Shown here in pieces: positions 1 through 11,094 of a DNA stretch of 64,000 nt; within the stretch, counting starts at the first letter, position 1, and every line of letters starts with the position of its first letter. Both the position numbers and the translations under genes were made by a program. Source of the DNA: Hypanus sabinus (Eukaryota); contig NC_082715.1 in NCBI RefSeq assembly GCF_030144855.1, forward strand, positions 91,884,001 to 91,948,000, given 5' to 3'. The notes below the pieces were generated by a model. It was not told the origin of the DNA and did no database searches. It saw only the letters and a program-made list of their open reading frames with translations.

Positions 1-366
1 TCTCTGTGGAGAGTTCTCCCAGGGCAAGAGAGATCGTGGTGTCCTGCACAAGAGATACAAAGACCAACTTAGGCAGGAGCTCTCTCAGGCAAACATCAAA
101 ATCAATGAGTGGTAGCAGCTGCTTGTGACAGAGACAGCTGGAGAACGGCACAGCCAAGAACTTTCAGGAATCCAGAAGAACTACTGGTGAAGAGAAGAAG
201 AGGCACAGGAAGGATCCTACTACCCAAGCACCCATATCTCAGCTGTACCCATGTCCCTACTGTCCTAGAGTCTGCAGATCCAGAATTGGCCTCTGAATCA
301 TGCCATCACTCCTGAGGACTCTTCTTCTCTCCTGATCTTCACAAGCAACTATCCATCCATCATCAT
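1..366 (+). mobile_element. RTE-clade LINE 3' end (decayed)
   Basis: Frame +2 reads LCGEFSQGKRDRGVLHKRYKDQLRQEL..I..NEW*, then A.DRDSWR and a terminal zinc finger YPCPYCPRVCRSRIGL. It ends in an (ATCC/CAT)n tail. These are typical RTE ORF C-terminal motifs. Confidence 0.8.
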
Positions 367-769
367 AACTGAGCATGAAACATTTTCAATTTCTTGTACT
401 GTGTCTTCCCTGAGCATGTTACCCACTATAATTTTACATGTTAGCATTATTAGGTTCTCACCAACTGTGTAACTTTTCCTTTTCTGGGTAATAACTTCTG
501 CTACTAAGTAGCTTGTATCCTGGGTCCTTTTACTGACTGTGACTTTATTAACAAAAGCTTTACTCTATTTGTTTTGAGATTCCAATTGCTGTTTAAGATA
601 ATCATCACTTTTATCCATCATACGGCTGTGACTTGTAGTTAAGTGTCTTTTCAATTTTGCTGGAGCTATTGCTGCATTTGTAATTTGTTTGTCACAGATT
701 AGGTACAATATAATTAGACAACTTGGATCACTGGTTCATGTAAAACCCATTGATAAGTAGCTTTCATTG

Positions 770-1180
770 TAATGACGGACGTTTTTGTGTCTGTTGCACT
801 AATGAACGGAAATGACTCAGAAGATTGTAATTCAAAAATCGCCACATTGGACCATCAAACATGTCCATAAAACACAAGGTTAATAAAATATGAAAATGGC
901 CATCCATTTAATGCTCGGAAAACGCATCATGCTCCTCATCAGCCTACTGTCCTCCCATCCATGCAATACAGTGCTCACCAATTATCAACAGCCTCCTCTA
1001 TCTCGCGTCAAAAACTGAGAATGGACTCAAGCAATTAAACACGGTCCTACTGTTCACTTGAATATTGGGCTGAGAAACCTCGAACGAGATCGCTAACAGG
1101 GCTGCTTGGTCACTGCCCACCTCTGTGAGTGCTAGCATTGCGCGTCACGCAAAGATAAAAAACAAGATGGTTTATTTTTT
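770..1180 (-). promoter_or_regulatory. Possible CpG-enriched promoter / first non-coding exon
   Basis: About 15 CpGs in 776-1150 versus 1 in 321-775 (counted by eye). Motifs: TCTCGCG (1001), GCATTGCGCGTCACGC (1135-1150, CRE/CEBP-like), AAGATGG (1164, YY1-like) and a minus-strand donor TTG|GTGAGC at 979/978. Confidence 0.3.
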
Positions 1181-1209
1181 TTAAACATGTCTCTCTTGAG
1201 AATCCCTGA

Positions 1210-1481
1210 TCTAGAGACTGTTGTTCGTGAAAATCTCAGATCAACAGTTTCTGCAGAACTCAAACCACCCTGTCTGGCACCAAAAGTCATTCCATGGTCA
1301 AAGGCACATCGATCACATTTCTTTTCCATTCTGATATTTGATCTGGAAAAAAAAAATTGAACCTCTTGACCTTGTCTCCATGCTTTTCTGCATTAAATTA
1401 CTGACAAATGATTGTCTAATTAGATGTTGGCATTAGCGAGCAAATGTACAGGTGTATTGAATAGAGTGGTCACTGAGTGTA
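1210..1481 (-). mobile_element. Tc1/mariner non-autonomous fragment (one end)
   Basis: ORF 1132-1329(-) MEKKCDR.FDHGM..GARQGGLS..ET.DL.FSRTTVSR matches the Tc1 N-terminal HTH. It ends in the TIR ...AGTGGTCACTGAGTG plus TA, and is the reverse-complement relative of 16151-16691. Confidence 0.8.
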
Positions 1482-1544
1482 ATTACATATATCGTCAAGT
1501 GTTAGCACTCATACATACTTTACACTAAACACTCATCCCTTCCC

Positions 1545-2357
1545 ATTGATCTCTCTCCTGGTACTTACCCTTGCAAGCATAATATACCACAACCACTCCT
1601 ACATTTCCTCCCTCATATCCATTCAGGGCCCCGAATAGTTCTTCCAGGTGAGGAAACCTGCTAGTCTGTTGGTCTCATCTACCGCTTCTTGTGTGGCCTC
1701 CTGTATATCAGTGAGACCTGATGTATATTGGGAGACCACTTCATCGAGCACCTTCTCTCCATCTGACACAATGGATTTCACAGTGCCCACCCATTTCAAT
1801 ACTACTTTCCATTCTTATTCCACCAGGTTAGTCCATGGGGTCCTGTACTGCCATGATGGGGCCACACACAGGTTAGAGGAGCAATGCCTTATATTTTATT
1901 TAGGGAGCATCAAACCTGATGGTAGGAACATCAATTTCTTCAATTTCTGGTAATTGGATCTCCCCTCCTCTCCTTCACCATTTTCCAGTCTTGTTTTCTT
2001 CTCTCACCATATCTCCTTATCTGTCCATCATCTTTCTCTGGTGCTCCTCCTCCTTTCCCTTTCATCCATCACTTCTGTCCTCTGCTATCAGATTCCTCCT
2101 TCTCCAACCTGTTATCTCTTCCACTAATCAACTTCTCAGCTCTTTGCTTCACCCCCACCCCATCTCCCAGTTTCACCTACCACCTGCCACCTTGTGCATC
2201 TTCCTCCCCTTCCCCTAACTCCTTAGTTTGACTCCTTCCTCCTTCCTTTCCAGTCCTCATGAAGAGTCCAAAACATTGACTGATGACTTTTCTCCATGGA
2301 TGCTCCAGCGTTTTGCGTTGCTTTAGATTTTCAGCATCTGCAGATTTTCTCATGTTT
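1545..2357 (+). mobile_element. Penelope-like element 3' part (GIY-YIG endonuclease C-terminus, pyrimidine-rich UTR, terminal repeat)
   Basis: CGLLYISET..LGDHF.EHL and VPTHFN..H..VHGVLYCHDGATHRLEEQCLIFYLGSIKPDGRNINF* (stop at 1953). A degenerate hammerhead-like terminus lies at 2251-2282. Confidence 0.8.
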
Positions 2358-2469
2358 GCTATACATTAAGTGTCATGTAATAACATTTTTCACATGCACT
2401 TCAACCACCACTCTGTCAGTAAAATAGGGTTTTTTGCCAGAAATGTTATTTTTAGCAGAAATTTAATTG

Positions 2470-4925
2470 TAGATTGACCACTTAATTTCCGGCACCCTTG
2501 GTTCCTGAGCCTTGCCGGATTAACTTTTTTGACTCTATAATAATGGCAAAAATGGACTGAAGAATCTTAAAAAGGATTATTAATTAAACAATGTTTAAAT
2601 GTAAATTTATTAGTTACTGTGCTCACAAAGAACCTTGCTTCTGTGTTACCTTTTTAAACATTTCATCCAGGCTGAATTGCTTTATGTGTTTTGATCTCTC
2701 CTGGTGTAATTTTTCTTGCATCAAATAAAAATTCATTATGCTTTGTTCCATCAAGAGGGTACATTCCTCTAACCCTTTGATTAAATCACCCAACAACTCA
2801 ATTAACTTGTCAATAGTAAATCTTCCAGTTTCATCTGTGTCATCATTGTTGCTGCCATCTTCATCACTTGCAGTGTTTTATCAGCATTCAGAACACTGTC
2901 TATGATTTCCGAGTCCGTAAGGTGATGCACAACAGATCTTTTGTTGTCAACAATCATCCATTCACATAGATTTTTGTCATTAACACTACTTGCTATATCT
3001 TTGAAAGTAGGTCCTACAACACTTTTTGCATACGCAAGCAGATCATGAACAAATGCTTTCTCTTTTGGTACATGAAATCCTGCTGAACCATCATCAAGCT
3101 TTTCTTCAGGCGCATTATCAAACACCAAGGCAGTTCACAACTTATGCCAGCCATTCTTCAGTGTTGAAGGTTCTACCATCATCCTCCCTCAAGCAATAAA
3201 CCAAAGTATGTCCTTCATGTTAAATTCTTTAATAGATGCCTGTACAGAATTGCCAGCATTCACCTCATCTAACACATTTCATGAACAGCGAGCATTACTT
3301 GGCTTTTAATGAACATAGTATTCCTTGGTCTTGGAGGTTGGATAAGCGAAATACAGTTTGGTGGTAAATACACTATATTCTCACACAGGAGTTCAGCTTT
3401 GGGGTGAGCTAAACAGTAATTCAAAATTTGAAGAAATTTGCAATCTTAGGGTAGCCTTACAGATATGCAATGTGCTCTGGCTTCTGGCACTAAATATTTT
3501 TCAAACGACTTTAACATAGTATCAGTGGTAACCCAGCCATTTTTCTTTGTGCAATATGTTACCGGGTAAATTTTAACACCTTTCGGGGCCTTAGGGCATT
3601 TAATTCTTCCGATCACCAGTGGTTTACATCTGTGGGTACCTGCTGTGTTGGAACACTCTAAAATGGTAACTGTGTCCATAGACTGTTTGAATCCTGTGGT
3701 ATCTTATTTGTCTTCTGATGCTAATGTTTTCCCAGGTGTGCACCATCAGAAAAATTCAGTTTCATCTGCATTATATACCTGCTCAGGACTGAGGCTTTTG
3801 TCAGCTATGAGCTTCACAAATTCATCCACGTACTTGGTAGCTCCTTCATGGTTTGCAGACTGTTTTTCTCCAAACACTTTATGCATGGAAATTGCATGGC
3901 ACTTCTTAAACCTTTGAAGCCATCCTTCACTATTGTTTCACGCATGTTCTCATTTAAGTTCTTTATGGAACAACTTAGCTTGGTTCATTATCATACTGCC
4001 TGACAATCAACTCTGATGCTGGCAAAATCATTCAATCATCACTCGATCATTGTCAGCACTCTTAACAACTGTCATAGTTTTTTTAAATGCACATTTGTTT
4101 TAGCGAATCTCCGTTTGCAAAGAACTGCATATTTTTTTCTCTTTGGTGCTTTACATCATATACAACTGATGTACCAATGCCATATAAGTCACATGGCTTA
4201 TGCGCAGAAAAACCTTGGTCCAGTTTTTTCAACATTTCAACCTTCTCTTGAAACATAGAAATGTAGAAAACCTACAGCACAATACAGGCCCACAAAACTG
4301 TGCTGAGCATGTCCTTACCTTAGAACTACCTAGGCTTACCTATAGCCCTCTATTTTTCTAAGCTCCGTGTATCTATCCAGTAGTCTCTTAAAACACCCTA
4401 TCGTTTCTGCCTTCACCACCACTGCCTGCAGCCCATTCCATGCACTCACCACTCTCTGTGTTAAAAAACTTACCCCTGACATCTCCTCTGTACCTACTTC
4501 CCAGCACCTTTAAACTATGCCCTCTCATGCTAGCCATTTCAGCCCTGGGGAAAAGCCTCTGACTGTCCACATGATCAATGCCTCTCATTATCTTGTATAC
4601 CTCTATATCTTCGATCTATATGGACTGATATTTAGCCTTGACACTGCCACTGGCACTTGCACTTACCTTAGAAGTCATAGCTAGGGTTAAATATACATAA
4701 AATAAGAAAAAATAAGCACAAAATATTGGGACTATCATCAACAAGTACAATGTAAATAATAAAAATAGCGTGCTTTTGTCAAAATGAGTCTCCCCACAGA
4801 TGGCGCTGCATTGGCTTCACACAGTGGCATCTGGTGGCTGCCCAGTAAACTACATCTCGTAATTTCACCGGAATTATAAGAGGTGCTGGACCATCAGTTG
4901 CCAGAAAATTGGTGGTCAACCTATA
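2470..4925 (-). mobile_element. Tigger/pogo (Jerky/CENP-B-like) DNA transposon, full span, pseudogenised
   Basis: Imperfect TIRs: TAGATTGACCACTTAATTTCCGGCA (2470) versus the reverse complement of TGCCAGAAAATTGGTGGTCAACCTA (to 4923). Minus-strand motifs: MTSK (ATG 4678), QEKVEMLKKLD.G..YGIG.SVVYDVK, SEGWLQRFKKCH, QVYNADET, TVTIL.CSN.AGTHRCKPLVIG and DQGI. Multiple stops and frameshifts. Confidence 0.88.
4252..4607 (-). mobile_element. CR1 LINE 3' fragment inserted in the Tigger HTH region
   Basis: ORF 4388-4588 MRGIDHVDSQRLFPR..RGHSLKVLG.RYRGDVRGKFF is the CR1 ORF2 C-terminus. The tail resembles (CATAGAAA). Closely similar to 55447-55797. Confidence 0.88.
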
Positions 4926-5387
4926 TGCGGTGCTGGATTTAAGATGGTTCTGTTGGTTATTCTTCTGTTTTAACTATTTTTAAATGTCACTGTTACTCAA
5001 AGACTTTAAAATAGTTCAAATAGGTTTAAATATTTTAAAAATGCACTTTACTTAAAACATTTAAAATTAAAGAAATAATTGGCCTAAAATACCTTAAGAT
5101 ACTAGCAATTAATTGAAAGCATAATGATGAAGTAAAATAAGAAACAGGAAGAAACTAGCTTACATTCACTTCTTAAATCATTGCTATAAGACCCTTGAAT
5201 GGATCGCTCATATGATAAAGATGAACTCTTGATTGCTCAGTCTAGCTGATCGTGGACCTTACACCTTGTTTGTCTACCTGTTCTACATTTTCTCTGTAAC
5301 TGTAACATTCTATTCTGCATTCTGTTATAATCTGTCTTTTTGTACTACTTCCATGAGAATAATTAAAAAAATATTCAATAAAATTTT

Positions 5388-5487
5388 CAGTCCTGCCGAA
5401 GGGACTCAGCCTGAAACTTCGACTGTACTTTTTTCCGTAGATGTTTCCTGGCCTGCTGAGTTCCTCCAGCATTTTGTGTGTGTTGGT
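5388..5487 (+). mobile_element. PLE terminal-repeat fragment with hammerhead-like motif
   Basis: CAGTC CTGCCGA A GGGACTCAGCCT GAAAC TTC GACTG (5388-5425), followed by the family tail CTGGCCTGCTGAGTTCCTCCAGCATTTTGTGTGTGTT. Confidence 0.75.
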
Positions 5488-6344
5488 TGATTAACATATT
5501 TACGTGTTCACAGGTTTTTCTCTTAATTTTGAAATAATTATTCATCATCTTCCTGAAGTATGAATATGTGTATATCATTTTTTATCTCTGATAGTAAACT
5601 TGTTTCCAGCATTTCAGAATGATGTAGCTTGTACAGAATCACCTTCTTTTCAGTGTGCTGACATAACAGTGCTGCAGCAAACAGAATTACTGCTACGGGA
5701 AATTTCAACATTTATGGCTGTATTGTAATTGGCTGTAGTCAGCTGGGGATCTTAAAAGCTGCACGATTCCAAGAGCAACTGGATCTCCACATGATAGATA
5801 TTTCTAAATATGTTGCATTTGCACTGTAGAGATCTGGCTGTGAACCAGTTTGCTCTGAGGAGAATCTGCAGTCCTGCACATTTTGTGCACACAAGCAGCG
5901 ATACTCAAATTCTTCTCATTTTTAACATGGGGGAATCTTTCTAGGAATTAGAACAGGAACATAGTAGTTGACCTGAGTAACAAACTCCTGGGGGTGATTT
6001 TAGATATTTGCAGCTCATGGAAGAATAGCCAGCATGTATTACCTATCTTAAAGCCAGCACCGTATAATTAGATTTATGCTAAAAATCCAATCTCTGGTAA
6101 AAATATTTTATTTAACTAACAGAATTGTGATTGAAATGCATGTAATAAAGGTATTGCACAATCCTTTATGTATGTATGAGTGTTAACTCTTTATGATAAA
6201 TGCTAATATTGCAGTTACATAAATTGAATAGTAGATTGTGATTACTGATTCTAAGCTACTCATAGTCCATCTGTTGTAGTTGTCATTTTTAAAAAATTCA
6301 TTTACAGTATGGTTGTGGAGGTCACTGGGAGAAACAAGATTGAT

Positions 6345-7170
6345 TTTCTTACCTGTATTGTAAAAGATTAAAAAAAACAAACAGAAGATATTGGTAATAC
6401 TCAACAAGTCACAGAACATCTGTCAAGAGAGAAGTAAGAGTTAATGTCAGGCCAGTGATCTTTCATCAGAACTGGCAAAGGCTCACTGTAAGTCTTCATG
6501 TTTGCTCTTTAATTTGGGCCCTTAGCAGTCATAACTGTATTTCAAGCAACTATCTGATCATGATCTTATTGTTGTTTTGCAGTTTTGATTTTAGTAATAT
6601 ATTGTCTTTTCAACCAAATCTCAGTCATTTCTTCAAATCACACATTAGGAATTACATCAGCTCCTATTTCCATGATCCAATTAACATGTTCAATATTTCA
6701 AGGCAAAATAATGTATCTATTGTATTTCTATTTTTAAAGTTAGATGTATTATTGTACAAGAGACTGAGGAAAAAATTCTTAGTATTTGATTAAGTGGAAT
6801 GAAGTGCAGCCAGATTATGGCCTTAACTTTTAGAGTCACAGTCGTAGAACAGAAACAGGACCTTTGGCCTGTCTGTGCCAGACTTGTCTTAAATTAACAG
6901 AAGGTATTACAGTTTCAAATTCTGTTCATAGTTTATTTAATAGCTCATTTAAGCAACACAAAAATGGTTTGGATTCAGAGATCGTTTAGCAGTGGAGTAA
7001 TATTTGTAAGGTCTGCATCTTCACAATTTCTTACCTGCATTGTAAAAGATAAAAAAAACACAGAAGATATTGGTAATACTCAACAAGACACAGAACATCT
7101 GTGCAGAGAGAAATAGGAGTTAATCTCAGGTCAGTGATCCTTCATCAGAATTGGCAAAGGTTCACTGTAA
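6345..7170. repeat. Local direct duplication of about 145 bp (6345-6491 and 7027-7170)
   Basis: Both copies run TTTCTTACCTG.ATTGTAAAAGAT...CAGAAGATATTGGTAATACTCAACAAG.CACAGAACATCTGT...TTCATCAGAA.TGGCAAAGG.TCACTGTAA. Confidence 0.9.
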
Positions 7171-7936
7171 ATTAATCTAAAATGTAGTCACAGTTTCTGC
7201 TTATGTGACTGTGGTAATTCAGTCTGAGATTTCATACAAACCAAAGTAAAGTGTGTTGTGCTGTTTATTGATTTCCATCTAATCATTCTTTGATCTAGAT
7301 TTATCAGATATATATTTGTGATATTTCAAGTTGATATTTGATGAGGAGACCTTCTATTGATTGTATCTGACTTTCTTGCCTAAATATCAATTCAGGTTGT
7401 AATCTCCCTGTAGTATTATACCAAAGGTTCTGTTATGTTCTCTTTTAGCATTACTCCAAGGAAAGGCATTGCTCCTTTGCACATTTGGATAGTTTCCTGT
7501 TAAATATTTTACAAGATACTTGATGTGCATTGGGTTCTTGATTGTAACCACAATGTACTTGCGCACTTGGGCAGGAGACTGAATAGCATAACTTGTTTTC
7601 AAGAAAAGAGAATTAGATATATTTTTGGCAGATTGATAACCTGCAAATCAAACTGCAGTGTGCTTTCAGAGAGTCCTATTGCGTTGTTCGCCATGAGGAA
7701 TAAATCAAACAACAATATTGATACATTGAATTTCTTAACTGGTAAATGAGTCTTCAAATAGGTATGAATGTTGAGTACTTTATTAAACCAGCTGTGAAGG
7801 GTGCAATTGTATCAGAGTTGGCAGCTGTGCATTTACCAATTTACCAGCTATGTGCTACAGGTCCCTCTTAAACATTGAGTATTTTAGGTGAACAAAGATA
7901 AACATGAAAGCAAAGGAAGAGATTCTTGAGAGAGAG

Positions 7937-7938
<2 letters not shown>

Positions 7939-7974
<36 letters not shown>
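7939..7974 (+). repeat. (AC)18 microsatellite
   Basis: Directly visible; preceded by a short (GA)n. Confidence 0.97.
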
Positions 7975-7976
<2 letters not shown>

Positions 7977-8078
7977 GCCAGACTGCAGATGCTGGAACCT
8001 AGAGCAACAAACAAAAAGCAAATTAACTTGATGGGTCATGCAACATCTGCGGAGGAAACCGGACAGTTGATATTTTCA

Positions 8079-10020
8079 GACCATAAGACATAGGCACAGA
8101 ATTAGGTCACTTGGTCCATCAAGTCTGTTCTGCCATTTCATCATGGCTGATCTAATTATCCTTTCAGCCTCAATCTCCTGCCTACTCCCCATATGTCTTC
8201 ATGCCCTGATCTATCAAGAATCTATCGAACTCTGCCTTAAATATACTTAAAGACTTGGCCTCCACAGATGCTTGTGACAATGAAATCCCCAGACTCACCA
8301 CTCTTTGGCTAAAGAAATTCCTCCTTATCTCTATTCTAAAAGGATGCCTCTCTATTCTGAGACTGTATCCTCTGGTCTTAGTTTCTTGCACCATAAGAAA
8401 CATCCTCTCCACATCCATTTTATCAAGTCCTTTCACCATTCAATAGGTTTCAATGAGGTCACCCCTCATTTTTCTGAATTCTAGTGAATACAAGCTCAGA
8501 GCCATCTTCACATGACAAGTCATTCAATATTGGAATCAGTTTTGTGAACCACCTTTGAACCCTCTCAGTTTCAGCGCATCCTTTCTAAGATAAGGGGCCC
8601 AAAACTGCTCACAATACTCCAAGTGAGGCCTCACCAGTGTTTTATAAAGTCTCAACATTACATCCTTGCTTTGATGTTCTAGTCCTCTTGAAGTGAATGT
8701 TAATATTCAATTTGCCTTCCTCATCACAGACTCAACCTGCAAATTAACCTTTAGGGAATCCTGCACAAATATTCCCAAGACTCATTGCATCTCAGATTTT
8801 TGTGTTTTCTCTCCATTTAGAAAATAATCAACCCTTTCATTTCTTCCACCAGAGTACAGGACCATACACCTCCCGACACAGTATATCATGTGCCATTTCT
8901 TTGCCCATGCTCCTAATCTGTCTTAGTCCAACAGAGACCACTGTTGAACACCACTAGTCACTGGCAGCCAACCAGAAAAGGTTTGCTTTATTCCCACTCT
9001 TTGCCTCATGCCAATCAGCCACCACTTTATCCATACTAGAATCTTTTCTTAATACAATGGCTTGTAGCTTGTTAAGCAGCCTCATGTGTGGCACCTTGTG
9101 AAAGGCCTTTTGAAGATCCAAGTATGCAAAGTCAACGAATTCTCCTTTATCTATCCTGTTTTTTACTTCTTCAAAGAATTCCAACAGATCTGTTAGGCAA
9201 GATTTTCCCTTAAGGAAACCATGCTGACTAAGGCCTATTTTATCATGTGCCTCAAAATACCCTAAGATCTCATCCTTAATAATTGACTCCAACATCTTCC
9301 ACTGAGGTCAGGCTAATTGGCCTACAGTTTCATTTTTTCTGCTTTTCTTCCTTTTTGAAGAGTGGAGTGACATTAACAATTTTCCAGTCTTCCAGAACCA
9401 TTCCAGAATCTAGTGATACTTGATTACTAGTACCTCCACAACCTCTTCAGCCACCTCTTTCAGAAACCTGGGGTAATTACCATCTGGTCTAGATGACTTA
9501 TCTACCTTCAGTCCTTTCATTTTCCCAAGACCCTTTCTCTATAATGGTATCTTCACACATTTCATGACCTCTGACACTCAGAATTTCCATCATACTATTA
9601 AGTGTCTTCCACATGTTGACTGATACAAAATACTTACTCACATCATCTGCCATTACCTTGTCCCCGCATTATTACCCCTCCAGCATTGTTTTCCAGTGGT
9701 CCAATGCCCACTCTCACCTCTCTTTTACTCTATGTATCTGAGGAAACTTTTGGTATCCTCTTTAATATTACTGGCCAGCTTACTTTCATATTCCATCTGT
9801 ACCTTGTTAATGACATTTTTAATTGCCTTTTGTTTGCTTCTAAAAGCTTCCCATCCTCTACTTCCCATTAATTTTTGCTCTATTATATGCCCTCACTTTG
9901 GCTGTTATGTTGGCTTTGACTTCTCTTGTTAGCCACGTTTGTGTCATTTTGCCTTTAGAATACTTCTTTCTCTTTGGGATGTATATATCCTGTGCATTCT
10001 GAATTGCTTCCAGAAATTTC
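8079..10020 (-). mobile_element. CR1 LINE, 5'-truncated with internal deletions
   Basis: ORFs 8954-9295 (QHGFLKGKSCLTDLLEFFEEV..AYLDLQKAFHKVPH.RLLNKL), 8182-8439 (KGLDKMDVERMF..TRG.SLRI..RRNFFSQRVV) and 9858-10017 (AQDIYIPKRKK..WLTREVK). The 3' tail GACCATAAGAC is at 8079. Confidence 0.92.
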
Positions 10021-10296
10021 ATGGCCTTAGAAAGGATGTGCAAGACTGGAGTGGTGACTGTGTTGTGTGTCAGCGGGTGAAAATTAACTGTCATCTTTGG
10101 GCAACATCGGCACTTTTTGTGGTCCCTGAATGGCATTTCGACCATGTCAATGTGGACACCTTAAGAGGAGGTGTCTGATGTGATGATGTCAGTGTAAGGT
10201 GACTGCTTTCATTTCGGTCGTCATGGACGTAAAGGTCTGTGGCTTTTGATAAGTACATTAAATGATTCTCACATGTTTTATTCACAAAATCCTACA
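10020..10296 (+). mobile_element. Gypsy integrase zinc-finger fragment fused to an LTR (10151-10296)
   Basis: HGLRKDVQDW..DCVVCQRVKI..H....F.VPEWHFDHVNVD, followed by a TG...AAAATCCTACA segment homologous to the reverse complement of 13089-13232. Confidence 0.8.
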
Positions 10297-11094
10297 CAAC
10301 CATGGAATGCTGTCAGTTCAGAATATCAATTGTGTAAACCATGAGTGCCTTATATATTGTTGCTTCTATTCCAACTCAGTTTCCTTTGGTAGAGCACCTA
10401 TATATTTATACTGTTAAATGCTGCAAGAAACAATGATACAAATTGTTTGATGCTCCAGATTACAGTATTTGCATTCCCTTGTGATTCCAGTGATATGATG
10501 AGAATGATTGTACATCGATGAATTGCCAGTCTTTTCCTTGTGTTCATTTTCAAGTATTACAAGTATTACATTACAAGTATATTTATTTACATGGTCATAT
10601 AGGGTCATTGCATGTCCTATGATGCAATGAGGATAAGAATGGTTTCCCTGTATATTCACTACATATGTCACAGTTTCAGTGCATACAATGGTTGTTCCAC
10701 AAATTCTCATCTATTTTCCATCTTGTCTTCTAAAGTTTGTTTCAACCCTCAGCCTCCAATTAAATGTAAGTTTTACATTAAATATTAGCTGGAAGCTGTT
10801 TGAATCACATTCATCTTGTGTGGCGTCTGGGAGAATCACCAGGAGCACATTCATCAAATTGATGATCTGTCCTATTGATAATGCAGTAAACACATTTGTT
10901 TGATGCCAGTGGGTCTCCTTCCCAAATAAAGGTTGGATTTTGATAATCTGAGAAGACTTCTCTCTGTTACTTCATGAGTGCTGGATTAGGCCAAGAGAGA
11001 TCTAAACCATCAGGCATCCTATGGAGTGTGAGGGTCCTTCTGAGGCACGAAAAGATCACATCTGCCATGATATGTTCCATCTTCTGTACTTAAA

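Noticed and set aside
1919-2218. Hydrophobic Ser/Pro/Leu-rich ORFs (also 19558-20036 and 35980-36367) as membrane proteins
   Set aside because: They are translations of the pyrimidine-rich PLE 3' UTR.
2802-3679. Host JRK/TIGD gene
   Set aside because: Stops, frameshifts, a CR1 insertion and flanking TIRs indicate a dead transposon.
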